A DNA stretch of 64,000 bases, from the NCBI GenBank assembly GCA_963710755.1, contig CAVQBK010000001.1:1-64000 (forward strand), in the 5' to 3' direction. Positions 21,240-30,650 of this stretch are shown in pieces. Position 1 is the stretch's first letter. Each line of letters begins with the position of its first letter. The stretch is from an uncultured bacterium (GTDB taxonomy: Bacteria > Oederibacteriota > JAAXVQ01 > JAUVAV01). The notes under the pieces are model-generated. The model made no database searches and was not told the DNA's origin. It saw only the letters and a program-made list of their open reading frames with translations. The position numbers were made by a program, and so were the translations under genes.

Positions 21240-23015
21240 ATGAATATGAAAAAGAAGTTAGTTGTAATTTTAATCTCGGCTTTGGCACTGAGCTGCACCC
21301 TTGCTATTCAATCCGCCATGGCAGCGCCCGCCGATGATTTCGTAATCACCGTAAAAACCGATAATCCTGGCACATCATCCAGTGCGCAATTCACCATTCC
21401 AACTTATCCTGGTGAAACCTATAACTATGATGTGGATTGGGATAATGATGGGATCAATGATGTTACCGGCGTCACCGGCAATGTCACTTGCAATTATGCT
21501 TATGCCGGCACCTATACCATCAGGATCAAAGGCACCTTTCCTCGTATTTATTTTAATAACTCTGGAGATAAACAAAAAATACTCTCCATCGAACAATGGG
21601 GAACAGGTACATGGACATCCATGGCCTATGCTTTTTATGGTTGCTCTAATTTGGTTGGCAATGCCAGTGACGTTCCGGATTTATCCAATGTGACGAATAT
21701 GGGCCTTATGTTTGCGGGCGCCACGGCATTTGATCAGCCTATTGGAAGCTGGAACACCGGCAATGTGACGGATATGGGCTATATGTTTCAGGATGCCATC
21801 GCGTTTAACCAACCCATCGGCACTTGGAACACCAGCAATGTGACGGATATGAGATATATGTTTTATGGTGCCGCAACGTTTAATCAGGCAATCGGCAGCT
21901 GGACTACCTCGAATGTGACGGATATGAGCAATATGTTTCAGGATGCCATCGCGTTTAACCAACCCATCGGAACCTGGAACACCACTAATGTATTGAATAT
22001 GAACCGGATGTTTTATGAGGCCGTAGCATTTAATCAGCCTATCGGCACCTGGAACACCGCCAAGACAACGAATATGTCAATGATGTTTGCTTCGGCCATC
22101 GCCTTTAATCAGGATATCGGCAGATGGAACACAACCAATGTGACGAGTATGTACGGGATGTTTGTTAACGCTAGATCCTTTAATCAGCCTATAGGCAATT
22201 GGAATACCGCCAAGGTGACGAACATGAGCAGTATGTTTTGTGGTGCCTTCAACTTTAATCAGGATATCGGCAGCTGGAATGTGTCCAGTGTAGCGGATAT
22301 GAGCGGGATGTTTTCTGCTGCCCTTGACTTTAATCGGGATATCAGCAGTTGGAATACTTCCAATGTGACTGATATGAGCGATATGTTTCATAACGCTAGG
22401 CTTTCCTCTGAAAATTACGACGCACTTTTGATAGGATGGAATACCCGTACTCAGCACTCGGGCATCTCTTTTAACGCTGGAAACAGCAAATATCATAGTG
22501 CTGAAGCTCAGACCGCCAGAGCTAATCTTATCAATACCTATAATTGGACTATAACTGACGGTGGTTTATATACACCAGCTACGCCAACGTCAACAATAAC
22601 CCCCACCATGACAGTAACTCCAAGATCCATAACTACACCCACCTCCACTATAACACCCACAGTGACAGCTATTAGCACAGTCGCTCAAACGCCATATCAC
22701 ATTAACATCTTCAGTAGTGTGATTCTCGCCTATCCCAACCCCGCCCATGACAAAGTTAATTTTGCCCTGCAGGACCCGGATATAGATAAGGTGGTCATTG
22801 ACATCTACAACTTGGCAGGCGATCGGATAGCGCAAATCAAAGAAGCCAATCCAGGCAGATCAATCACCTGGCAGGCCACAAATATCTCTCCTGGAATTTA
22901 TTTGGTTCAGGTTGTGGTCACGAAAAATGGTGTTGAGAAACGGTTGGGGATGAAAGAAGGTGGCGATTGTGCATTGATGAAGGTTTCCGGCTCTGCCATA
23001 TCATTAGTGAGGTGA
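21240..23015 (+). CDS. BspA-family/DUF285 repeat surface protein with Thr-Pro linker and C-terminal T9SS-like Ig sorting domain
   Basis: Signal peptide; 25-aa [20 protein letters not shown] repeats; AYPNP...IYNLAG...PGIYLV tail; probable frameshift at ~22953. Confidence 0.9.
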   Translation: MNMKKKLVVILISALALSCTLAIQSAMAAPADDFVITVKTDNPGTSSSAQFTIPTYPGETYNYDVDWDNDGINDVTGVTGNVTCNYAYAGTYTIRIKGTFPRIYFNNSGDKQKILSIEQWGTGTWTSMAYAFYGCSNLVGNASDVPDLSNVTNMGLMFAGATAFDQPIGSWNTGNVTDMGYMFQDAIAFNQPIGTWNTSNVTDMRYMFYGAATFNQAIGSWTTSNVTDMSNMFQDAIAFNQPIGTWNTTNVLNMNRMFYEAVAFNQPIGTWNTAKTTNMSMMFASAIAFNQDIGRWNTTNVTSMYGMFVNARSFNQPIGNWNTAKVTNMSSMFCGAFNFNQDIGSWNVSSVADMSGMFSAALDFNRDISSWNTSNVTDMSDMFHNARLSSENYDALLIGWNTRTQHSGISFNAGNSKYHSAEAQTARANLINTYNWTITDGGLYTPATPTSTITPTMTVTPRSITTPTSTITPTVTAISTVAQTPYHINIFSSVILAYPNPAHDKVNFALQDPDIDKVVIDIYNLAGDRIAQIKEANPGRSITWQATNISPGIYLVQVVVTKNGVEKRLGMKEGGDCALMKVSGSAISLVR

Positions 23016-23038
23016 TTCGAGGAAATCGGAGGAAAATT

Positions 23039-23725
23039 TTGACGAGGTGGGAAGGAAAATATCGCAATAAATACCGCATCGCATCCACCCGTTTGCAAGA
23101 TCGGGATTATGGGAGCAATGGCGCATATTTTGTGACGCTATGCACCAAAGACAGAATCCGATATTTCGGGGATATTTTCCATGACATTATGAGATTGACG
23201 GTGATTGGAGAGATCGCCGGAAAATATTGGCGTGAAATTCAGAATCATTTCCCGTTTGTGAAATTGGGTGAATTCGTCATCATGCCCAATCATTTACATG
23301 GGATAGTGGTGATTGATAAAGAAGGCCTACATGACAATACATCCCGTGTGGGTAATGAATCCTATACGGGTTCGAATATGGGTTCCTGCGCGGATGTAGA
23401 GACAAGGCAATGCCTTGTCTCTACAAAAATATTACCATTATCATCATCTACAATACCAACCACCGCATCAACAATGAAACCGGCAATGGGTAGATGCATT
23501 GGTCAAAATCGATTTCAAAATCAGGGTAAAAACACCTTGTCATCCGTCATCGGTTCTTATAAATCCATGGTGACAAAACATGCCCGCCATATTAATCCTG
23601 ATTTTGCCTGGCAAGGAAGATTTTATGACCATATCATTCGTGATGATGCCGGATATGTAAAAATATCGGAATATATAATCAACAACCCTGTGAATTGGGA
23701 ACAAGATAAAGAATATAACGGTTGA
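23039..23725 (+). mobile_element. REP-associated tyrosine transposase (RAYT/TnpA-REP, Y1 HUH family)
   Basis: YFVTLCTKDR, MPNHLHGI (HUH) and WQGRFYDHIIRD motifs; GGAGG 6 nt before an in-frame TTG at 23039. Confidence 0.9.
23396..23424. repeat. REP palindrome inside the RAYT coding sequence
   Basis: GTAGAGACAAGGCA-A-TGCCTTGTCTCTAC. Confidence 0.9.
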
Positions 23726-23787
23726 GACAAGACAAGACGTTGCGGGCCGAAAATGAAAATAATAATTCGAAAAGGGGAATAAGAGTT

Positions 23788-24722
23788 ATGAAAAAGGGAC
23801 TGATATTTAGCACTTCGGATTGATGCTTCTCACCGCCATGGCACAGGCAGGTACGACCAATTATGACATGGGTCAGTTGGCGGGCGTGGAGTTCCGGATG
23901 GCTGCCGGCGCCAGGCCGGCCGGGATGGCCGGGGCCTTTACAGCCTTGGCCGATGATTTCAATGCGCCTTCCTGGAATGCGGCCGGGCTGGCGGGTATTG
24001 ATAACCGTCAAATCGGGTTTATGCATAATATTTATTTGTCGGACATGTCCCAGGAATACCTGGCCTATGCCCAGCCCATCAACGGGCAGTCCGGCCTGGG
24101 CATTAACTTGGTGTTGGTTAATTACGGTTCCCTGGACAAAGTTGATGAAGTGAACGGCCTCCCTGAAATGACGGGTAAAATTAACCCCATGTCCTATATG
24201 GCCACCGTGGGCTATGGCTTGAAGATCGCTCCCGTGGTTTCCCTGGGTGCCAGCATCAAAGTATTATCCCAAAACATCGACACCTATTCTTCCGTGGCCA
24301 TGGCGGCTGATCTGGGAACCATTGTGCAACCAATGAACAGCTTGCGCTTGGGATTGGTGCTGAAGAACCTGGGGCCGGAAGTGGATGGCTTTGCCCTGCC
24401 CATGAGCGCCCATATAGGCGCAGCCTATGCCTTACCCTTGACCTTGGGTGAAAAAGACAAATGGCAATTGGCAGTGGATTCGGAAGTGTTGTTTGGCGCA
24501 TCCGAGTTTTCCTCTATAAGCGTGGGCAGTGAATATGATTATCAGGACACACTCAAAATCAGAGTGGGGTATAAGCTGGACGATAAAGCCGATCTGGGCG
24601 CCATCAAAGGCCTGACGGCCGGTGTGGGCGTGAAACTGAATATCTTCCAGGTTGATTATGCCTTTAGTTCCCTGGGAGAACTGGGAAGCAATCACCAGGT
24701 GGGATTGAGTGTGGTGTTTTGA
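23788..24722 (+). CDS. PorV/PorQ-family outer-membrane beta-barrel (signal peptide apparently frameshifted)
   Basis: GARPAGMAGAFTALADD..WNAAGL N-terminus; DYAFSSLGELGSNHQVGLSVVF end; main ORF 23820..24722; RBS and ATG at 23788 are 1 nt out of frame. Confidence 0.8.
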
Positions 24723-24783
24723 TCTGGCCCAGGACCCAATGTGATAATATGTTGTTATGAAAATAAAAAATGACGAAAGTTAT

Positions 24784-24812
24784 GTAGAGACAAGGCAATG
24801 CCTTGTCTCTAC
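24784..24812. repeat. Intergenic REP palindrome
   Basis: Identical to 23396-23424; arms extend to 24782-24814. Confidence 0.9.
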
Positions 24813-24858
24813 ATGAAAAAAGGGGACGGGCTTACTTAATTACTTAACGCCTCCAACC

Positions 24859-25005
24859 TGGCTGGGATGAGCAAGGAAGCCATTGCCGAGAAGGTGGGCA
24901 TCAAGCTGGAAATCGGTCCGGGCAAGTTGAAGGCCATGGCCGACCGGACGGGTGCTTTCCCGAGCAAGCAGGTCATTGAGTTTGACGCCATCATGAAAGG
25001 CGAAG
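24859..25005 (+). pseudogene. Orphan fragment homologous to giant gene 13128-13274
   Basis: MSKEAIAEKVGIKLEI..GxLKAMADR.G.F.SKQ.I..DA.MKGE is colinear over 147 bp. Confidence 0.9.
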
Positions 25006-25209
25006 AGCCTGTGAAAAACGGCGCCAGCCACTTTTTTACTCACCTCGCCTTGGCTGAAAACAGTGTCGGCCCGCGTATTCCGGGTGGGACGCAGGGCGGC
25101 ATTTGTTCTTGCAGATTACGCACAATTAAGGTATAGGGTTCTTTGACCAATTATTCAAAAGCAATCCATTACAGATAGCCATCGTACTTGGGATAAGCAG
25201 CATTTAAAG

Positions 25210-25539
25210 GTGAATGGCATGGCCCGCTTTAACCATCCACGCTTGCAAAGAGAAGCCAAGACTGTGGAACACATGATTGGGTTATACTGCTCGGCACATC
25301 ACGCGGAAGATCCTTATGTCCTGCCTGTGGGCAATTGTTGGACGGCACGGACGCTGCAATGCCCCTTTGGCCAGGACAAACCGGCCTGCAACCACTGCCG
25401 GATTCACTGCTATCCGCAAGGTTATAGAGAACGTATTCGTGTGGTCATGCGCTATGCCGGCCCGCAGCTGGTCTGGCATCATCCCATCCTGGCCATCCGT
25501 CATTGGTGGGATGCTTGGAATGAAAGAGATGATTCCTGA
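25210..25539 (+). pseudogene. Degenerate YgbA-like (nitrous oxide-stimulated promoter family) copy
   Basis: Paralog of 29051..29380; the LCPACGQLLD segment lies in another frame and the frame is restored by a downstream deletion. Confidence 0.75.
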
Positions 25540-25586
25540 TAAATGAACTAAAATTCCTGAATTTATGGATAACAAGGGAGAATGCG

Positions 25587-26348
25587 ATGAAGCCCATCCA
25601 GCCCCTGGGGGTAAAAACGGCATGGTTGCCGGTACTGGGAATGATTTTTATTATTACCACCGGCAACGTCCTTGCCAAGGTTGAAGACGAAGAGACCATA
25701 CTGCAGGCTGTTAAGGCGAGATCAACGGCACAGGTTGAACAGATTAAAACAATGCACTATCGGGCCGAGACAAAGACAACCATCAGTAACGCCCAAAATG
25801 AAGTGGAGCGTGTGATTGCAAGTAGCCGGCTGATTACTTATGCGCCGCCGAAGGAAATCCAAAACGACTTTTTAGGCATGACCATCAACGGTCGGGCATT
25901 GTCCCGCGCGGAAATGGAAGCAGAATTAAAAAAGTCGAGGGGAAAGGCGCGGCAATCGCCCTTTCACCCCGATCAAATGGCCAATTATCATTTTACCCTG
26001 GCAGGCGAGGAAACCTACGAAGGTCAGAAAGTCTGGAAGGTGCGGTTTGATCCTGTCGAATTGAGAGAAGGTCTAGCCAAGGGCTATGCCTATGTAGTGC
26101 AAAGCACGCTGGATGTAGTTTATCTAACCTTTGTGCCGGCCAAGCTTCCGGGAGTTATGAAAAAAATGGAAGCCCAAATAACTTATCAACCGGTCGAAGG
26201 TTTCTGGGTGCCGAAAACCTTTGCCATGGATATGCACGTCAAAGTGGCTTTTATACTTACCTTGGCGGATCAATTTATCCATATTCAGGAAAATTATTCG
26301 AATTATAGTTTCAATATGCCTGATACTGCGAGCCCCAATGATCGGTAG
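25587..26348 (+). CDS. Secreted hypothetical protein, possibly LolA-like fold
   Basis: Signal peptide; YHFTLAGEETYEGQKVWKVRFDP and YQPVEGFWVP beta-rich motifs. Confidence 0.6.
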   Translation: MKPIQPLGVKTAWLPVLGMIFIITTGNVLAKVEDEETILQAVKARSTAQVEQIKTMHYRAETKTTISNAQNEVERVIASSRLITYAPPKEIQNDFLGMTINGRALSRAEMEAELKKSRGKARQSPFHPDQMANYHFTLAGEETYEGQKVWKVRFDPVELREGLAKGYAYVVQSTLDVVYLTFVPAKLPGVMKKMEAQITYQPVEGFWVPKTFAMDMHVKVAFILTLADQFIHIQENYSNYSFNMPDTASPNDR

Positions 26349-26903
26349 AGTTAAACCGGCTATTGACACCATATCTACTTAAATGATAATGCCGCTTAAT
26401 TGACCCAAAAAAGTCTATTTTACCCCGGTAATTTATTTGGATGACCAAGCTTCAATACTTTGCGAAGTTCCGTTTTTGCACTTCTATAATCCTGTGGATA
26501 ATAGAGGAGAGGTTGATCTTCCCCCGCCTAATGGACACGGTATTATACGGCGCCACCCTGGCTGTGCGTATAGGCCGGCATTGGGATGATTATAAATTAA
26601 CTGTTATCACCGATCCGGCTACGCATACCACTAATGATCTGGCTCTTGCCATCCTTGTAAAAAATGCCGGGCCCCAATATTCCCCATCCTACCTGTCCTT
26701 GCCTTCCATCCTCGTGGAACTCATTCTGACCACCTTTTTAAGACTAAAAAAACAAAAATAAAGTGAAAGAAATTTTAGTCCCAACGGTCAAATAGGTAGT
26801 AATGGCTTTGGGGGATAATAAATTAGACCTCATGAGCTTAACTTTAAAACCTGACAATAAATCTGCCAATTGGAAAAGCATAAATATGGGGAATAGTGGT
26901 GAT

Positions 26904-27197
26904 ATGGATTTGATCAGCAATGTGCAGGTAATACCTGTGAAAAGTTCTGGTAAAGGCAATTGTCGGGCCTATGTGATGGTGGACATCGCCGGAAAGTATA
27001 GGATAAAAAACATCCGTATTATCCAAGGGGAAAGGGGGTTATTTGTCGTCATGCCGCAGATGAAAAAAGAAAAAGACGGTAAAAGTAATTTTGTTGATTT
27101 GATCAAACCTATTGATCAAGCTGCCCGAGAAGACCTGAAAGCTGCGGTTTTGAATGAATATAATCGTGTTATAGATAAAAAAATCACTACGGTTTAA
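26904..27197 (+). CDS. spoVG: SpoVG family nucleic-acid-binding regulator
   Basis: ISNVQV..RAYVMV..IKNIRIIQGERGLFVVMP..FVDLIKPI..REDLKAAVLNEY. Confidence 0.8.
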   Translation: MDLISNVQVIPVKSSGKGNCRAYVMVDIAGKYRIKNIRIIQGERGLFVVMPQMKKEKDGKSNFVDLIKPIDQAAREDLKAAVLNEYNRVIDKKITTV

Positions 27198-27326
27198 TCT
27201 TTAACACCCCTTGTACTGAGGTTGGCCTCAGGTCCTTATTTAACCGGGATGTTCTTGTCTTATGAAATAAATCAAATAATCACATGACCACCATTATTGG
27301 TGATTGGAGAAAAAGAGGAGACTAAT

Positions 27327-28076
27327 ATGAAAACTATATTGAAAATGCTGTCAGTTGGTATGGTGTTGATAAGTCTTACAGGATGCGGGCCGAGCCGAAT
27401 AGCTTTGAAGCCATCATTTTGGGATAACAAGGAACAAAAAATAGGCATTGCGTTTATCAAATATCCGGAAGCCGGAGCACATCGCCAAGGTAGTGAAGGC
27501 CTTCTGGATATGGCCATAAACGCTTCTTTGGCAAGTGAAATGAGCGCTTATCTTAAATCCATAGATGTGGAAGCCTATGAAGAGGTGGCGCAATCCTTTA
27601 AAGAAAAATTTGCCAGTAAAGGTATAGAAGTTCAAATATTCAAAGGGAAACTGGATCTTGAGACTCTCGAAGATACCCCTCGCTCATCCGGTAGATCGTT
27701 GTCCTCGACGACCTTTAAAAAGGATCTAAGTTTTATGAAGCAGAAGTTCAAAATCGACAAGGTTTTATTGTTGGGTGTGGATGCTTATGGCACTTTAAGA
27801 AATTACTATGGATTCATTCCTCTAGGAGCGCCAAAGGCTTTATTTAAAGTCAGCGGTCAATTAGTGGATCTTGAATCCAATAACAAGGAGTGGTTTGACT
27901 TTCAGGATCAAGAATATGCAACAGCTCCAGTTATGGGCGAATGGAATCAGCCGCCGACCTATCCCAATCTTACCAATGCCTTGATCGTCGCAATGAATAA
28001 TGCGAAAGAATACATCATAAGAGCATTCTTTGCAGATTATAGTGTGCCGGAAAAAGTTGCCCGGGAGAATAAATAA
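27327..28076 (+). CDS. Hypothetical lipoprotein
   Basis: GAGGAG RBS; lipobox LTG-C. Confidence 0.75.
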   Translation: MKTILKMLSVGMVLISLTGCGPSRIALKPSFWDNKEQKIGIAFIKYPEAGAHRQGSEGLLDMAINASLASEMSAYLKSIDVEAYEEVAQSFKEKFASKGIEVQIFKGKLDLETLEDTPRSSGRSLSSTTFKKDLSFMKQKFKIDKVLLLGVDAYGTLRNYYGFIPLGAPKALFKVSGQLVDLESNNKEWFDFQDQEYATAPVMGEWNQPPTYPNLTNALIVAMNNAKEYIIRAFFADYSVPEKVARENK

Positions 28077-28080
28077 TAAC

Positions 28081-28830
28081 ATGAATATACTAAAAAAAAT
28101 AATTGCCATGAGTCTCTGCTTGGTCAGCTTGTTTTCAGGTTCGAACCTACTGTTAGCACAAGATACTTGGATTAAGCCCCTGGCGGTGGGCAAAGCTGTA
28201 AAAGTAACCACTGACGAAGGGATGATCATTAAAGGGATATTGAAAGAGTGGACTAATCAAAGTGTCCTTATTGAATCAAGTGTGGGGATTATAGAAATAT
28301 CACCACCTCGAATAAAAAACGCCAAGTACTTATTGGTGTACAATGCCGAAAGACGCCCGAAAAAGAGTGATGATGAAGCAACGCCCTCCTTTGGTAGCCA
28401 AAATATCGGCGACGAACAAAATGATGCCGAGGGAGCGACTGGGGTCGATAGCAATATTAAAACGGGCAGGGAAGCATGGAAAACAAGGCTTGATAAGGCT
28501 AGAGGGTTATTAGCCGTTGAGTATATTTTTGGCATTGCCGCCGCAGCAGGAGGGCTGATTTTATATATTGATGGTGAGAATCAGCGACAAAATCCCGAGT
28601 GGACAATCAAAGGGAATTATCTTACTAATGAAGATGATGTGAATGAAGGTAATACTAAGGTTGTTGGAGGATTGGCGCTCGCGGCACTTGGTACAACGTT
28701 GATAGTGCTCGGGGTGAGCCAAGGTAACCATGTTAAAGATCTTGAATTTGAAGGCGAACATCGCGGATTTGTCATCAGACCGGAAATTAATGGGAATTAT
28801 AATGGTGTTAAGCTGACTTATAATTTTTGA
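28081..28830 (+). CDS. Hypothetical exported/membrane protein
   Basis: Signal peptide, two hydrophobic helices, ends GVKLTYNF. Confidence 0.7.
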   Translation: MNILKKIIAMSLCLVSLFSGSNLLLAQDTWIKPLAVGKAVKVTTDEGMIIKGILKEWTNQSVLIESSVGIIEISPPRIKNAKYLLVYNAERRPKKSDDEATPSFGSQNIGDEQNDAEGATGVDSNIKTGREAWKTRLDKARGLLAVEYIFGIAAAAGGLILYIDGENQRQNPEWTIKGNYLTNEDDVNEGNTKVVGGLALAALGTTLIVLGVSQGNHVKDLEFEGEHRGFVIRPEINGNYNGVKLTYNF

Positions 28831-29050
28831 TTGCCCGGAATGGTCATTTTCCCGACACCCTTCCTTGGCTGGAGACATTGTCAGGCTGCGTCTTTTGTGT
28901 AAGATGCAGGCTGACAATGTCCCTTGCAGACTACCCATGCTTAGGGCGTGGGGTACGACGGTCAATTATTTAAAAGCCATTTTTTTACAGATCATTTAAT
29001 CATGTTGGGGACAACCTACTGCGGATGAAAATAATTGAAGGTGATAGTAA

Positions 29051-29380
29051 ATGGCCCCGGTTAAGCACCATCGTTTGCAAAGAGAAGCAAAGACAGTCGA
29101 GAAGATGATCGCCCTCTTCTGTTGCGCCCACCATAAGGAGAGACAGTTGTGTGCCGCCTGCACACAACTGTTGGACACGGCATTAAACCGTTTGGCAAAG
29201 TGCCCCTTTGGCAGTGATAAGCCGGCTTGCAACCACTGCCGTGTTCATTGCTATCCGGATTGGGCCAGAGAAAAGATCCGGACGGTCATGCGCTACGCCG
29301 GCCCGCGGCTGATATGGCATCATCCCATCCTGACAATCCGTCATTTGTGGGATGCACGGCAAGGCCGCCATGGTTCCTGA
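29051..29380 (+). CDS. YgbA-like (nitrous oxide-stimulated promoter family) Cys-rich protein
   Basis: REAKTVEKMI..C..HH..LC..C..CPFG.DKPAC.HC..HCY..VMRYAGPRL..HP. Confidence 0.85.
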   Translation: MAPVKHHRLQREAKTVEKMIALFCCAHHKERQLCAACTQLLDTALNRLAKCPFGSDKPACNHCRVHCYPDWAREKIRTVMRYAGPRLIWHHPILTIRHLWDARQGRHGS

Positions 29381-29741
29381 TGATAAGAAACGCTGATTTA
29401 TGGCCGGTTGCATAAAAGTGGTCCCTGGAACGGCGGAAAACCTTTATGAATTAAAGAAAATAGCTGCCTTGCTAAAACGGATTAAGCGAGGCTAAATTGT
29501 TGGGAACCCCTGAAGATTATCCTCATCACCGAATTATCCCTTTTTAAATCACATTGACCTTTGATCATCGCTGCACCAAATCACCTAATCCCAGATTTTT
29601 TTGTCCTGAACGGGTTTTGCCCGGCCGTGACCAGTAAAGCGAAAAAACAAAAATAAAATGAAAGGATGTTTGAAGTGGCAGGTCAAAATAAGTAATGGGC
29701 TATGGAAACGGATAGCATTAAGTTTGATCAGGGGAGAAGAA

Positions 29742-30650
29742 ATGTCGAAAATTAAAGTGTTTTGCCTGTTGGTAGCTGTGAGCGCGCTGCCGTGGATCTC
29801 AACTGCAAGCTCGGATAGTTATGAACCCAATGATGCTTATTACCAGGCTAAAACAATTGTTGTTGGTGAAACCCTTTCTAATTTGACCATTGATCCGGTT
29901 GGCGATCAGGATTGGTTCCATTTTCAAGTTAACACTTATCCGCAACAGGTTATCATCGAAACCACCGGAGTCAATGCAGATACCAGAATGTGGCTTTACG
30001 ACAACACCGGGACAACCCAGTTGGCCTTTGATGATGATAGTGGACAAGGTTATTTTTCCAAGATCACCTACACATTTGATCAGATTGGCAATTATTATAT
30101 CAAGATCGATGACTATGGTAATAACAGTATCATTGATAATTACAACCTGACAGTACGGGACAATTCACCTGGAACTTTTACCGTAACGCCTACCCGCACC
30201 TCGACAGCCACAAAAACCGCTACCGCAACCATCACCCCAACACCGACCATAAGTGCCACCCCAACCATGTCACCTACCCCTACACTCACTGTGACCACGC
30301 CGCCCTATAAATACCTCAAAAACGGTGAGATGAAGATCTTCAATAATTGGATTAATACCAGCGAACTTGGGCGAGGCGTCCATGCCAATCATATTCCCCG
30401 AGACGGCAATTATTGCATTATATCCTGGAATCAGCCTGATGAAAGTCCGGTGACCTTAACCCTATATGATATGAATGGCCGAATGGTAAACGAGCTTATC
30501 AGCAATGAGGTTTACAGCGCCAATACCACTCATGAAATCGAATGGAAAGGGAAAAATCAAAAAGGTCAAGAGGTAGGCACGGGAATTTATATTGCGGTGC
30601 TGAGAAGCAGATCTTTTAAAACTTATTCGAAAATTGCGGTGACGCGGTGA
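29742..30650 (+). CDS. Secreted protein with PPC-like domain, Thr-Pro linker and FlgD-Ig/T9SS-like C-terminal domain
   Basis: DSYEPND, DQDWFHF, FDDDSGQGYFSKI; TATPT repeats; LYDMNGRMV..WKGKNQKGQEVGTGIY..KIAVTR. Confidence 0.8.
   Translation: MSKIKVFCLLVAVSALPWISTASSDSYEPNDAYYQAKTIVVGETLSNLTIDPVGDQDWFHFQVNTYPQQVIIETTGVNADTRMWLYDNTGTTQLAFDDDSGQGYFSKITYTFDQIGNYYIKIDDYGNNSIIDNYNLTVRDNSPGTFTVTPTRTSTATKTATATITPTPTISATPTMSPTPTLTVTTPPYKYLKNGEMKIFNNWINTSELGRGVHANHIPRDGNYCIISWNQPDESPVTLTLYDMNGRMVNELISNEVYSANTTHEIEWKGKNQKGQEVGTGIYIAVLRSRSFKTYSKIAVTR

Noticed and set aside
21680-22390. 75-bp periodic repeats as a non-coding array
   Set aside because: Explained by the 25-aa DUF285/BspA protein repeats.
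26441-26761. 106-aa ORF
   Set aside because: No RBS or recognisable family; possibly a remnant but unsupported.
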